Positions 1 to 13,193 of a stretch of 64,000 nucleotides of DNA are shown piece after piece. Origin of the DNA: Amphiscolops sp. MND2022. Taxonomy: Eukaryota. The DNA is taken from contig OZ076419.1 of assembly GCA_964187785.1 (NCBI GenBank), positions 14,198,001-14,262,000 of the forward strand, given 5' to 3'. The stretch's first letter is position 1; every line of letters starts with the position of its first letter. The notes under the pieces are model-generated. The model ran no database searches, had not been told where the DNA came from, and saw nothing but the letters and a program-made list of their open reading frames with translations. Both the position numbers and the translations under genes were made by a program.

Positions 1-150
1 ATTATTAAAAATACAGTTTTACACTTTACTCATATTACACCAAGTGATAATTAGTTACACTGAATAACTAAAATTCACTAATTGACTGGTTCACACTAAT
101 TTCCGGGCCATAAATTTACATTAAATGACTGCATTACGCACTTATGCAGT

Positions 151-275
151 ACTACGCACTTTGACTAAAATACGCGATTTTCCACTACGCACTTTGACTA
201 AATTACGCGATTTTCCACTACGCATTTTGACTGAACTACGCCGTCTTACTAATTACGTGGTGTAATTTAGTCAAA
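151..275. repeat. 33-bp tandem repeat (about 2.7 copies) with a downstream 14-bp inverted copy
   Basis: ACTACGCACTTTGACTAAAWTACGCGATTTTCC units start at 151, 184 and 217. GTAATTTAGTCAAA at 262-275 is the exact reverse complement of 193-206. Confidence 0.85.
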
Positions 276-1496
276 TAGTGTAGCACAGTAACGAACTGGA
301 CTACTTTACGCGTTTTGTTAGTCATTGGTTTACCTATTTAAAAATGGTTTTTTAAACGTTGTTGTTAAACTTTAAATTGCAATGGATCAATTTCACTTGC
401 TAGATGTTTCAGTTATTGTCGGAAAACAAACGTTTTGATTGAAAGATGATTAGTATTGTATTCTGAGTGATTTAAATTCAATCACCAGAATTCAAATCAT
501 GAAGTTTATATTTAAAAATTTTGCTTACTGGCATGATCAGTGAGTAATTGGATCAAATCATTAAAGTAACGGTTGAAAATTTTGCTTACTGACATGATAC
601 ACTTAGAACAACAGTTAGCACTTAGTTCAAATGAGCTTAGGAAACTTGGGTTAGTTTTTTCTTCGAGGAAATTAATATTTTTCATTTCAATTCATTTAAT
701 TTCAAAACTGTTAAAAGTTTGATGTTGAAATTCTTTTTGAAAGTGTTCCCGAGATTATGAATAACTTCTAGAAAAAATAACAAAGTATTGGAAGTTTTGA
801 CAAGTAGTGATGTTTTGTTTGTTTGAGGAAAACAGCAAGAAAGTCTGTGAAACGGAATGTCTTGAATGCAGACGAAAAAAACTTCGTTCTCAAGAAAAAC
901 TGAAACTCCCAGAAATACCAACATATCTCATCTTCAAGGTCTCATCTTCAAGGACCCACATAATGTGGGATTTTCGAAAAAACGACCACAGTTACCAAGG
1001 AAATTTAAAATTGATTCAAATCAGAACGTTTCCAGGACTCGAAGCTACTTTCTGCTGTCTTTGATAAAAACAAAAGTTTTGACTTTGATCGATTTTATAA
1101 TTTTATATTATTCCAATTTTAGTATGAGTTCACAATTTTTATTTTTATTCCCTGAAAGTATGCTTGCAAGTTGTTTCTTGCAGAGAACAGAGCTTTTCAG
1201 AGAAAAGAGAATTATTTTCAGAGAGTAATCTCAATGAAAAGTCACCGTGGTGTGATTACGAGTAATCCAATGCGTTATTATATTAGTTGAAGTGAAATAA
1301 CGTCATCATTGAATGATGATTGGTATTGACTTCTAAGTGATTCTAATCATAAAGTTACGGTTGAAAATTTTGCCTACTGTCATGATCGGAACTGTTTAAT
1401 TTAACAAATCGTCAGCCAGTTAAACTCCCCACTATATACTAACTCAATTAACGCCATTTGTTGAACAGTGCAAGAATATAAAGTACTTAAATTCCT

Positions 1497-4420
1497 TTGA
1501 TTACAAGGATCGGCGGCATAGATAGTAGAATACAAGGCGGCCAATCTTTAGGACTGAGTTCGATTCGCGGTAAGGACTTTTATAAGATTGAAAATTTTCG
1601 GAATAAAATTCGAATACTATATAAAATTACGGATCCAGAAGAGCATATTTGTTGCACAGCATGTTTGCTGGTGATAGTTTAGAAGCCACATACGATACGC
1701 ACTTTCCCCTTGTGAATTCACGCAGTCCAAATCAGACTTTGGTCAAATGTTTTCGTTCTACTGTGGGAGAATTAACATCCTGGGAAATTCTGAGAGAAGA
1801 TCCTCAAGTTATTACGAGGTTGATAAACGATTTCCTTGCATACTTGAACGATTCGTCGGCATTACCAAGTGAAGAAAAAAATGGATTGTCTCAGCACTTC
1901 CACATCTCTTACCAAGTTTTGATTGTTGTCTATTCACGTTTATTTGGAGACACAAACCACGAGAAACATTTACATTCGACCTTCTCTTACAATCAACCAA
2001 TTATGCAACAAGCATGGAAGCCAGATTGTATCCCACCAAAAATTCTTGCATCAAAAGTTTTCAGTTTCTTTATTCTGAACTTCTGGAATTTAAATGTTGA
2101 ATTATTTGGCCTTATATTGTTACATTAATGCAATACACATCAACGATACATAAATTATTTGAATACTTTACAAAAAGGAAACATTGTATGCAACAAAAAA
2201 AAGTTGGAATTTATTATGCAAATCATTCAATTTACAAATGGATAATTTTTATACAAACAATGATTTCAACTTACTTTCTCAAGTGTTCGAAAGTATGCCT
2301 TTCTGTGAGTTGCTGTATTGTCCTTTATGTTCAGACGTCCAATTCCTGGAAGACAATGAAAACAATCATAGAGCCAGTTCACATGTAAAAGCTTTCATTG
2401 TCGTTATGTACTGAGGGAACATCGTTTCCTCATCAAGTTCCTCACTCATTTAGAAAATACGGTTGTGAATATGAACATTTAAATTTTATTACGGACACTA
2501 AGGACGAAATACTATTTCGTTATAGTTCATTCTTCACTTCTTTGTGGCTTGACAAATTGCCTTGTCGAATTATACAACAAGTATCAACCAATATTGATCA
2601 TATTTTGATAAAATTACAAAAATCGTGAAAGTGTTTACCTTATTTAGCTGATTATAAAGATTTTATCACTTTACCAGATTCTTCAATCTTTACGAGACAA
2701 GAGAAAATTAAATGCAACCAGCATCATTTACCATTTTCGTGCAATTTTGTAATATCTTCGTATAAATGTTCCATTCACGGCTGCGGAAGACGCTCAAAAT
2801 GGCGATGTCCAAATAAACAATGTTCTTTATGTTGTTGTTCTGTTCATTTCAAAAATTTCATAATAAATTCGGATGACACACTCTTACTGAACGATGACGA
2901 AAACAGCTCCAACAGTTATGAATCTGACTCAGTTGCCATGTCTGTGTCGACAGAAGTAGATTCAGAAGAATCACGTGATCAATTTCTTGGTTTGTCCGAA
3001 ACAGGAAGTTACTGCGAACCAATGTTGAATAGTGAGTCAACTGTTAACCTTCCAAACTACACCACAAATTACAACAGTGTTCCAATGCACGTTTCGCTCA
3101 ATCAGACTCTTCAAGTATTGAAAAGAGCGACGTTCCCGAAGACATTGTCTAAACAGTTTTTACGATGCTTTCAAAACTTTTCTGCATCTAATCCTGAAGA
3201 TGTTGTTTCGTTTTTACAAGTTGAAGCTTTAATGCGTCAGAGTCTGTTTTTTGGCAACAAGCTGACGGCAGCTTTCCTGGGGCAATACATTATTTTTAAT
3301 ACAGCGATCAGCAATTTAATAACAAGCTGAATTTCGCAGGTGTTTATGATCATTTATTGGCCAGATTGAGAAATTTGGAATAGGATGCGTCTGGAAACAT
3401 CAAATACACGATTTTGCTGGTTGATGCTCTATTGAAAATGAGGTTGAATCACAATGTAACAACGCAATTCTTTAAAAGAGGAATTCAGAACAATGAAATT
3501 AAAGGTATCCCATTTCAATGACAGGATGAAAGCTCCAGAAAGTATTCACTAACCGATTCTAAAAGAAATGTCAGTGAGTTCAGTGCTGCAATGAGAGACA
3601 AACCTGCAACGTTGTTTTTCAGTCTAACACTGAATATGAAGAAACACCGTTGATGCAATCGAAAGTTCCTATCCAGAAAAAAGTGAAGAATACAAAGCTG
3701 CATACCAAACTTACATGCCAACAATTCTTCGAATGTGGAGCTTAACTATCGAACTGTTTAAAGATTACCTTTTACATTCTCATGGAAAATTGTTTGGAGA
3801 CATTATGGATTTTTGGGTTCCAAACGATGCGGGTTTCAAACATTAGTGGGCAGCTTTCCTCATTATCATATCCTTTTATGGTTAAAAAGTAACGACTTCA
3901 GTACTCTGGAAAAGTTGGTCATTTCAACGAAAAGACATCTTATGTTTCATTTGGAAAGTCTTTTTCTCTCCAATATCAAAATTATTAAAAACGCTGATGA
4001 TAGGATGTATATAATCAATAATTTCGTGACCATTCAGACTCATTCATGCGAAAAGTCAGGCTTCAGATGTTTTAAAAAAAGCAACGACAATGAGAAAATA
4101 TGTAGATTCCCTCCTTATAAACCATCTAATGAGACTTGGTTGAAGAGTATACCTCAAAAGTTCACAATAGAAGCTGAAGAATTTTTGAAGAAAATTGGTT
4201 TCATTAAGGAAACAGAGTTTGAGACTGTATAAGATACTTTTCTTTCTTGCTCAAAAATTTCTTACGCAGCTGTGTCAGGTGAACACATGATGCCCAATTC
4301 ACAAGCAACCTTTGCCGTTACTCAGTCAAGTGGAAATGTTCTGTTTGTAACCGAAAACTTCAGCTGTAAGTACTTGAATATGCAGCTGGAAAAGAAGAGC
4401 ATCCTGAAGTCAAGTTAAAA
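1497..4420 (+). pseudogene. Helitron-like RepHel, lineage A: N-terminal region and HUH Rep domain (disrupted)
   Basis: Rep motif 1 KPATLFFSLTLNM (~3601), HUH PHYHILLWL (3858-3884), QTHSC...CRFP, and a frameshifted KYLN(K)YAAGKE Y2 motif (~4368-4395). Upstream are FNLLSQVFESMPFCELLYCP (homologous to C/D) and a Cys finger CSIHGCGRRSKWRCPNKQCSLCCCSVH (~2767). Many stops and frameshifts. Confidence 0.85.
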
Positions 4421-4422
4421 TT

Positions 4423-5883
4423 GCTTATAGAAGAGCCTGAGCCTTGGATAGATGGTTCCAATAATGCCAAAATAATTCGATATAATTTTTGCGTTATGTG
4501 AATGATTATGTCGCGGAGAAACTTAGACAAGGGGAAACCATGAATCACTCATTGCAATGGAGAATGTATTAGACAATATGTGTTTGGCCTCATACCAAAA
4601 TACATACCTTGACAAAAGCAATTATTTGTCTTGCAGTACTGCAATTGTTGTTTTTGCAACAGTGTACCCTCAAAATTCATTCAAGTTCTTGTTACACTTA
4701 CTGTATACAATGGGAGAAATTGAAACTGAAATAGATTTCTTTTGTGCAAGCAGTTTGAGGGAATGTTTTGTGAAACCAAAATATTACCCCAGGGAAACCT
4801 AGACGAAACTCATGTTGAAACGTTACATATTAGAACAAATGAAATTTCTGCCAGGAGCATCTGTTTCTTTTTCAAGGAGAGCGCGGAGAGCTGCTATGTT
4901 CAATTGTGAGCAAATACACCTTTTTTGTTTATGTGTTAATACAAACTATGACGTTCCTGCAACAGTTGAGAAGTTGTTAACGAAATTAGGTAACTAACCG
5001 AAAAATCGAGCACTACTTTTGAGTTTGGATTTATTAGTCATCGAAGAAGTTGGAATTGTCAACAGTGAATTACTATGTGTTATTGATTTAGTTTTCAAAA
5101 AGCTGAGAAACAACAACAGTTCATTCGGAGGAGTGTTTATTAATTGTAATGGAGACACAAAACAATTACCAAACATAGACGGATCAGACGTTTTTGTAAG
5201 TCCTCTGGTTTTATTCTGTTTTTAAGCACACTTTCTCCGACATTATGTTAGAATGATGGATCCAACAGCCAAGGAATTATTAGAAATGATGTCTATGAAA
5301 CCTATACCAGGAAAAATATTGGAAAAAATCGAAAAGATAATCGACCGAAACTGCTCTTTTGTGGATCCATGGACTAACATACAAGACAAACGAATAATGA
5401 AAGTCTTTGGCAAACGAGCTGCTGAGCAAGAAGCTATATCATCTTACCAATAAAAAGTTAAACAATCAGCAGAAAAGATTTTGCGAATTTGATGCAATAG
5501 ATGAAATGTGTCCACATTTATCTTCAAACTGGCAGTCTGCGTCTTCTGAAGCAATAATAATTCTAAATACAGAATGTCAAGAGCCAAAAAAGCTAATCCC
5601 AAAAAAGCACTGTATTCTCCGACAGACGCAAAGCACCAGTAAGCTCTCTCAAGGAATTGTTTGTATATAAGCAAAAGTTCCAGACGCAGATGACGTGTCT
5701 ATACTAGTCCCCATTGCCCCTCATGTTGACGCGGTTATGGATCCAAAGGTATATGAAAATAACGATTTCCTCAGCTGGAACAAAGTCAGAATAGCAAAAT
5801 CTGCTGGTTTTATGTATTATGTATTATTAATTATAGTTGTGTATTCAAAAATAATTGGGATGAATTTTATATTATATGATTTA
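4423..5883 (+). pseudogene. Lineage A linker plus internally deleted PIF1-type helicase fragment
   Basis: LDLLVIEEVG (Walker B position) and FGGVFINCNGDTKQLP (motif III). Walker A is deleted and the fragment is truncated after SAGF; 4871-5883 closely matches 13227-14232. Confidence 0.8.
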
Positions 5884-7087
5884 CTTCGAATGTGGAGTTT
5901 AGCTTAACTATCGAACTGTTTATAGAATACCTTTCACATTCTCATGGAAAATTGTTTGGATACATTATGGATTATTGGGTTTCAAACGATGCAAGTTTCA
6001 AACGTTAGTGGGCAGCTTTCCTCATTATCATGTCTTTTTTATGGTTAAAAAGTAACGACTTCAGTACTTTGGAAAAGTCGGTGATTTCAACGAAAAGACA
6101 TCTAATGTTTCATTTGGAAAGTCTTTTTCTCTCCAAAATCAAAATTATTAAAAACGCTGATGATAGAATGGATATAATCAATAATTTCGATACAATTCAG
6201 ACTCATTCATGCGAAAAGTCAGGCTTCAGATGTTCTAAAAAAACAACGACAATGAGAAGATATGTAGATTCCCTCCTTATAAACCATCTAATGAGATTTG
6301 GTTGACTAGTATACCTCAAAAGTTCACGATAGAAGCTGAAGAAATTTTGAAGAAAATTGGTTTCATTAAAGAAACAGAATTTGAGACTGTATTAGATACT
6401 TTTCTTTCTTGCTCAAAATTTTCTTACGCAGCTGTGTCAGGTGAACACATGATGCCCAATTCACAAGCAATCTTTGCCGTTACTCAGTCAAGTGGAAATG
6501 TTCTGTTTGTAACCGAAAATTTCAGCTGTTAGTACTTGAATATGCAGCTGGAAAAGAAGTGCATCCTGAAGTCAAGTTAAAAGCAGGTTATAATGGCGAT
6601 TCTATTTCACCTTTGGAGAATACCAAAAATTCTGGAGTTAGCATATCCAACCTGAAAAATGATAAAGAAAGATCTGTACCTGGCATTAATGGTCTGCAAG
6701 TTTCTCAAACAGAATTTGTATGGTGGAGCTTGAAGCTTCCATGCATTATGACGAGTTTTGATTTCGTCCATGCCCCTTCAGTTTTTTGGAATTCAGAGGA
6801 GCTTTGAAGAAAAAACAAAACGAAAATATGAAAACAATATCACATCAACTTTGAGAGATTACATGAATTTGCCGTCTCATGTCAAATTTGACACGGAGAA
6901 CAGAAGACTATATTTCATCGTATCTGACGGACTCACAAGAATACTTTATGATTCGTTCAAACCAGCAAATGAAGTGAATTTACCAGAATCCTATGACAGT
7001 GAAATGAGCAGCTTGTGGCTACCTCAATTCAGAAAATTGCCAATGCAAACAGACTTGTCATTTAATGAACAATTAGAAGTCACATAA
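5884..7087 (+). pseudogene. Second copy of the lineage A Rep domain plus post-Rep linker
   Basis: 5884-6582 duplicates 3727-4420 (offset 2157). It continues into QTEFVWWSLKLPC, a motif also seen in C and D. Confidence 0.85.
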
Positions 7088-7140
7088 ATTATAATAGGAA
7101 ATGTATTAAAATTATTAACAAGGATAAAACTGCAAGAACA

Positions 7141-8401
7141 TGTCAATCGGTAATGGGAAATCCTGGTGCCGGGAAAAGTTATGTTTCTGGACTTTGTATG
7201 TTATTTTCAATGTTAAATGGTCTGCAGTGTTACCTCACCAGCTTGGCTTCGCGGAAAGCTGCTATGTTCAATTGTGAGCATAAACACCCTTTTTTGTTTA
7301 TGTGTTAATACAAACTATGACGTTCCTGCAACAGTTGAGAAGTTGTTAACGAAATTAGGTAACCAACCGAAAAATCGAGCACTACTTCTGAGTTTGGATT
7401 TATTAGTCATCGAAGAAGTTGGAATTGTCAACAAAGAAATTACTATGTGTTTTTGATTTAGTTTTCAAAAAGCTGAGAAACAACAACAGTTTGTTCAGAG
7501 GAGTGTTTATTAATGGTAATGGAGACACAAACCAATTACCAAACATAGACGGATCAGACGTTTTTGTAAGTCCTTTGGTTTTATTCTGTTTTAAAGCACC
7601 TTTTCTCCAACATTATGTTAGAATGATGGATCCAACAGGCAAGGAATTATTAGAAATGATGTCTATGAAACCTATAACACAAGAAGATATTGAAAAAAAA
7701 TCGAAAAGATAATCGATTGAAACTGCTCTTTTGTGGAATCATGGACTAACATACAAGACAAAAGAATAATGAAAGTCTTTGGCAAACGAGCTGGTGAGCA
7801 AGAAGCTATATCATCTTACCAACAATAAATTAAACAATCAGCAAATAGATTTTGTGAATTTGATGCAATAGATGAAATGTGTCCACATGTATCTTCAAAC
7901 TGGCAGTCTGCGTCTTCTGAAGCAGTAAAAATTCTAAATAAAAAATGTCAAGAACCAAAAAAGCTAATCCTAAAGAAGCACGGTATTCTCCGACTGACGC
8001 AAAACACCACTAAGCTCTCTCAAGGAAATGTTTGTATATTAGCAGAAGTTCCAGAAGCAGATGACGTTTCGATACTAGTCTTCATTGCCCCTCAAGTTGA
8101 TGCGGTTATGGATCCAAAGTTATATGAAAATACCAATTTCCTCAGCTGGGACAAAGTCAGAATAGCAAAGTCTGCTGGTTTTTGTTTCGAAATGAACAAA
8201 ATTACTGTTCGTAGGACACAGTTTCCCGTTACAAATTACGTTGCATTGACAGTGCATAAACTTATGGGAGATTCTTTTTACAAACTAGCCACTCAGGTTT
8301 CTGCATGCGAAAAAAAAATATTCTCTTTGGATGGCGTCCCAACTTTAAGTTATTGTCAGCCGAGTAAAAGAACTGAATAATGTTACTTTCGTTGGTCAAA
8401 A
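7141..8401 (+). pseudogene. PIF1-family (SF1B) helicase of lineage A
   Basis: Walker A GNPGAGKS (7156-7179), LLVIEEVG, NGDTNQLP, QFPVTNYVALTVHKLMGDS (motif V), VIVSRVKEL (motif VI). Frameshifts and a GAA>TAA stop relative to the 10.7-kb copy. Confidence 0.9.
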
Positions 8402-8528
8402 ATTAGTAATTTAAAACTTTTCATTCCAAATAAAAACCAATTATGCATTGGCTGCATTGTTACAAGGTAGTTAATACAAGCATTTATTTAAATTTACTTG
8501 TGACCTTATGACATTTATTCTTTTGTAG

Positions 8529-8895
8529 ATCTGAAACTCTGTGTGCGATAGACTCAATCTTGAGAAAAACATCAATCAAAGAAATACTAGTGCAGCAAGG
8601 ATTTAATCTACTACAGCGAATTGCAGGACCTACTGGAGTTGTTGCAGATTTACCATCCTTCAATTACATACCGCTAAGAATACAAATTCCTACTGTTACC
8701 TCCAGAATTGTTCATTTGTAAGTGAGTTTGAATGATCGACATCGCAACAATTGTTATGTCAAAGAAACATCAGAAAACATGTTATCAGATTTGAGCCGCA
8801 TCAATACTAGTTCATGCAATGAATCTGAAAAATTGAAACATTTGTTACCTTGGGCAATTGTTGCATTTGCATACAATTTCGAAACGGACGTATAA
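8529..8895 (+). pseudogene. GIY-YIG endonuclease-like terminal exon, lineage A copy 1
   Basis: Acceptor TTTTGTAG ends at 8528. Frame reads SETLCAIDSILRK...IVHL*VSLND...CYVKETSENMLSDLSRINT...LPWAIVAFAYNF, aligning with the GIY-YIG segments of B, C and D. Confidence 0.65.
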
Positions 8896-10205
8896 CGGAA
8901 TAATGTTATTATTACTTAATGTTATGGCTTCAGTTACACAAATGGGTTTCCATTGCTTGACAGTATTATCGGAATAAGAAAAATTATTAACTAGAGGTAG
9001 TTAAGGTCCTGTTACGTTATGTAATTGTGTTGGAAGCTCATAGCCCAATTAGTTGACAAAAAAATTGAAATAATTGAATGTTACCAACAACAGTTACATA
9101 CTTATGATAACCTAATCTTGGATAGTTGTTCAACTATTACTATAATACAATAAATAACTAAAAGCAATCAATTAATAACACGAGGTTGTTATGATAAGAA
9201 GTGGCGATTATTTGAAAACTTTTTTGATAATTATCAGCAATTTACCTACGTATATATGGAATGAATATCGAAACTAACAAAAAATTACAAATATTGATTC
9301 AATATATGAAGAATAATTTTTCAATATTTTGTGGAAAAAAGGAATTTAATAGTTTGAAGACAATGTAAAATTTCATGAATGCAATTTATATTTGAGAAAT
9401 AGTCTCAAATACTTTTGACAAATATCCTACACAAAGAAATTTTTCATGCTGAGTTTACTTATGGCATCAATAAATGACATCATTTCATGTCTACAGCATT
9501 ATAACAAAATTTAACTTAAAATAATAGTACTTAGACACTAACAAAGTAAACGATTTATTAACATTAGTGTAATTAAGTTCTTAACCAGCAAGTGTGAAGT
9601 TAATTAAATACATATAGAAAACAACTTTGAATAATAAGTCAAAAAGTCACAAGGTAGAAATCGTTCCAAAATTTAATGTAGTTATTCATATACATTTTTT
9701 TCAATGACATCAAGTTAGATTTAACAAATCTAATAAAATGATATATTTTTCAGAATCAAAAACGGAGGAATCGGCGTCTACAGAAAGGCAACAACTAATG
9801 ATGACAAACCCCTATATTATGAAATATGTTCCTGCAGAGGTTACGTATGAATAAGTTGAAAACTAAACAATTTAGATTTAGTATTTTCAGATTCATATAT
9901 TCTTTGAATGACACTCAGTTTTTTTTCTTTTTATTATACTTACCTTACAGGAAGATAATAAGAATCAATTTGTGGAATTGTGAAAAAATACGCGATTCAA
10001 TATATAAATTTTCCAGAATTAACCAAGGATATTTGCTGTGTGATGAAAAACCAATATTACTACCCTGAATTCCAAAAAAATCCTGAGATTTAATAACGAG
10101 GCAGGTAATTTTTCAACAGAATTAATTTGATAAATTAGCTTCTGAAAAATAGAGATTTTAAATCTAAGAGGTTTTAGAACATAGACGGCTCAGTTTCAAT
10201 GTTAA

Positions 10206-11390
10206 ATGGCCTGCAGTGTTACGTCACCAGCTTGGCTTCGCGGAGAGCTGCTATATTCAATTGTGAGCATATACACCCTTTTTTGTTTATGTGTTAAAAC
10301 AAACTATGACGTTCCTGCAACAGTTGAGAAGTTGTTAACGAAATTAGGTCACAAACCAAAAAATCGAGCACTACTTCTGAGTTTGGATTTATTAGTCATC
10401 GAAGAAGTTGGAATTGTCAACAAAGAAATTACTATGTGTTATTGATTTAGTTTTCAAAAAGCTGAGAAACAACAACAGTTTGTTCAGAGGAGTGTTTATT
10501 AATGGTAATGGAGACACAAACCAATTACCAAACATAGACGGATCAGACGTTTTTGTAAGTCCTTTGGTTTTATTCTGTTTTAAAGCACACTTTCTCCATT
10601 ATTATGTTAGAATGATGGATCCAACAGGCAAGGAATTATTAGAAATGATGTCTACGAAACCTATATCACAAGAAGATATTGAAAAAAAATCGAAAAGATA
10701 ATCGATTGAAACTGCTCTTTTGTGGAATCATGGACTAACATACAAGACAAAAGAATAATGAAAGTCTTTGGCAAACGAGCTGGTGAGCAAGAAGCTATAT
10801 CATCTTACCAACAAGAAATTAAACAATCAGCAAATAGATTTTGTGAATTTGATGCAATAGATGAAATGTGTCCACATGTATCTTCAAACTGGCAGTCTGC
10901 GTCTTCTGAAGCAGTAAAAATTCTAAATAAAAAATGTCAAGAACCAAAAAAGCTAATCCTAAAGAAGCACGGTATTCTCAGACTGACGCAAAACACCACT
11001 AAGCTCTCTCAAGGAAATGTTTGTATATTAGCAGAAGTTCCAGAAGCAGATGACGTTTCGATACTAGTCTTCATTGCCCCTCAAGTTGATGCGGTTATGG
11101 ATCCAAAGTTATATGAAAATACCAATTTCCTCAGCTGGGACAAAGTTAGAATAGCAAAGTCTGCTGGTTTTTGTTTCGAAATGAACAAAATTACTGTTCG
11201 TAGGACACAATTTCCCGTTACAAATTACGTTGCATTGACAGTGCATAAACTTATGGGAGATTCTTTTTACAAACTAGCCACTCAGGTTTCTGCATGCGAA
11301 AAAAAATATTCTCTTTGGATGGCGTCCCAACTTTAAGTTATTGTCAGCCGAGTAAAAGAACTGAATAATGTTACTTTCGTTGGTCAAAAA
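10206..11390 (+). pseudogene. PIF1-type helicase, tandem copy 2 (lacks Walker A)
   Basis: ORFs 10408-10701 and 10722-11336 carry motifs III and V and LWMASQL, near-identical to the 7.2-8.4 kb copy. Confidence 0.9.
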
Positions 11391-11516
11391 TTAGTAATTT
11401 AAAACTTTTCATTCCAAATAAAAACCAATTATGCATTGGCTGCATTGTTACAAGGTAGTTAATACAAGCATTTATTTAAATTTACTTGTGACCTTATGAC
11501 ATTTATTCTTTTGTAG

Positions 11517-11883
11517 ATCTGAAACTCTGTGTGCGATAGACTCAATCTTGAGAAAAACATCAATCAAAGAAATACTAGTGCAGCAAGGATTTAATCTACT
11601 ACAGCGAATTGCAGGACCTACTGGAGTTGTTGCAGATTTACCATCCTTCAATTACATACCGCTAAGAATACAAATTCCTACTGTTACCTCCAGAATTGTT
11701 CATTTGTTAGTGAGTTTGAATGATCGACATCGCAACAATTGTTATGTCAAAGAAACATCAGAAAACATGTTATCAGATTTGAGCCGCATCAATACTAGTT
11801 CATGCAATGAATCTGAAAAATTGAAACATTTGTTACCTTGGGCAATTGTTGCATTTGCATACAATTTTGAAACGGACGTATAA
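11517..11883 (+). pseudogene. GIY-YIG endonuclease-like terminal exon, lineage A copy 2 (open)
   Basis: ORF 11548-11883: SRIVHLLVSLNDRHRNNCYVKETSENMLSDLSRINT...LLPWAIVAFAYNF. Acceptor AG at 11515-11516. Confidence 0.65.
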
Positions 11884-13193
11884 CGGAATAATGTTATTAT
11901 TACTTAATGTTATGGCTTCAGTTACACAAATGGGTTTCCATTGCTTGACAGTATTATCAGAATAAGAAAAATTAACAACTAGTGGTAGTTAAGGTCCTGT
12001 TACGTTATGTAATTGTGTTGGAAGCTCATAGCCCAATTAGTTGACAAAAAATTGAAATAATTGAATGTTACCAACAACAGTTACATACTTATGATAACCT
12101 AATCTTGGATAGTTGTTCAACTATTACTATAATACAATAAATAACTAAAAGCAATCAATTAATAACACGAGGTTGTTATGATAAGAAGTGGCGATTATTT
12201 GAAAACTTTTTTGATAATTATCAGCAATTTACCTAGGTATATATGGAATGAATATCGAAACTAACAAAAATAATTACAAATCTTGATTCAATATATGAAG
12301 AATAATTTTTTAATATTTTGTGGAAAAAAGGAATTTAATAGTTTGAAGACAATGTAAAATTTCATGAATGCAATTTATATTTGAGAATAGTCTCAAATAC
12401 TTTTGACAAATATCCTATACAAAGAAATTTTTCATGCTGAGTTTACTTATGGCATCAATAAATGACATCATTTCATGTCTACAACATTATAACAAAATTT
12501 AACTTAAAATAATAGTACTTAGACACTAACAAAGTAAACGATTTATTAACATTAGTGTTATTAAGTTCTTAACCAGCAAGTGTGAAGTTAATTAATTACA
12601 TATAGAAAACAACTTTGAATAATAATTCAAAAAGTCAAAAGGTAGAAATCGTTCCAAAATTTAATGTAGTTATTCATATACATTTTTTTCAATGACATCA
12701 AGTTAGATTTAACAAATCTAATAAAATGATATATTTTTCAGAATCAAAAACGGAGGAATCGGCGTCTACAGAAAGGCAACAACTAATGATGACAAACCCC
12801 TATATTATGAAATATGTTCCTGCAGAGGTTACGTATGAATAAGTTGAAAACTAAACAATTTAGATTTAGTATTTTCAGATTCATATATTCTTTGAATGAC
12901 ACTCAGTTTTTTTTCTTTTTATTATACTTACCTTACAGGAAGATAATAAGAATCAATTTGTGGAATTGTGAAAAAATACGCGATTCAATATATAAATTTT
13001 CCAGAATTAACCAAGGATATTTGCTGTGTGATGAAAAACCAATATTACTACCCTGAATTCCAAAAAAATCCTGAGATTTAATAACGAGGCAGGTAATTTT
13101 TCAACAGAATTAATTTGATAAATTAGCTTCTGAAAAATAGAGATTTTAAATCTAAGAGGTTTTAGAACATAGACGGCTCAGTTTCAATGTTAA

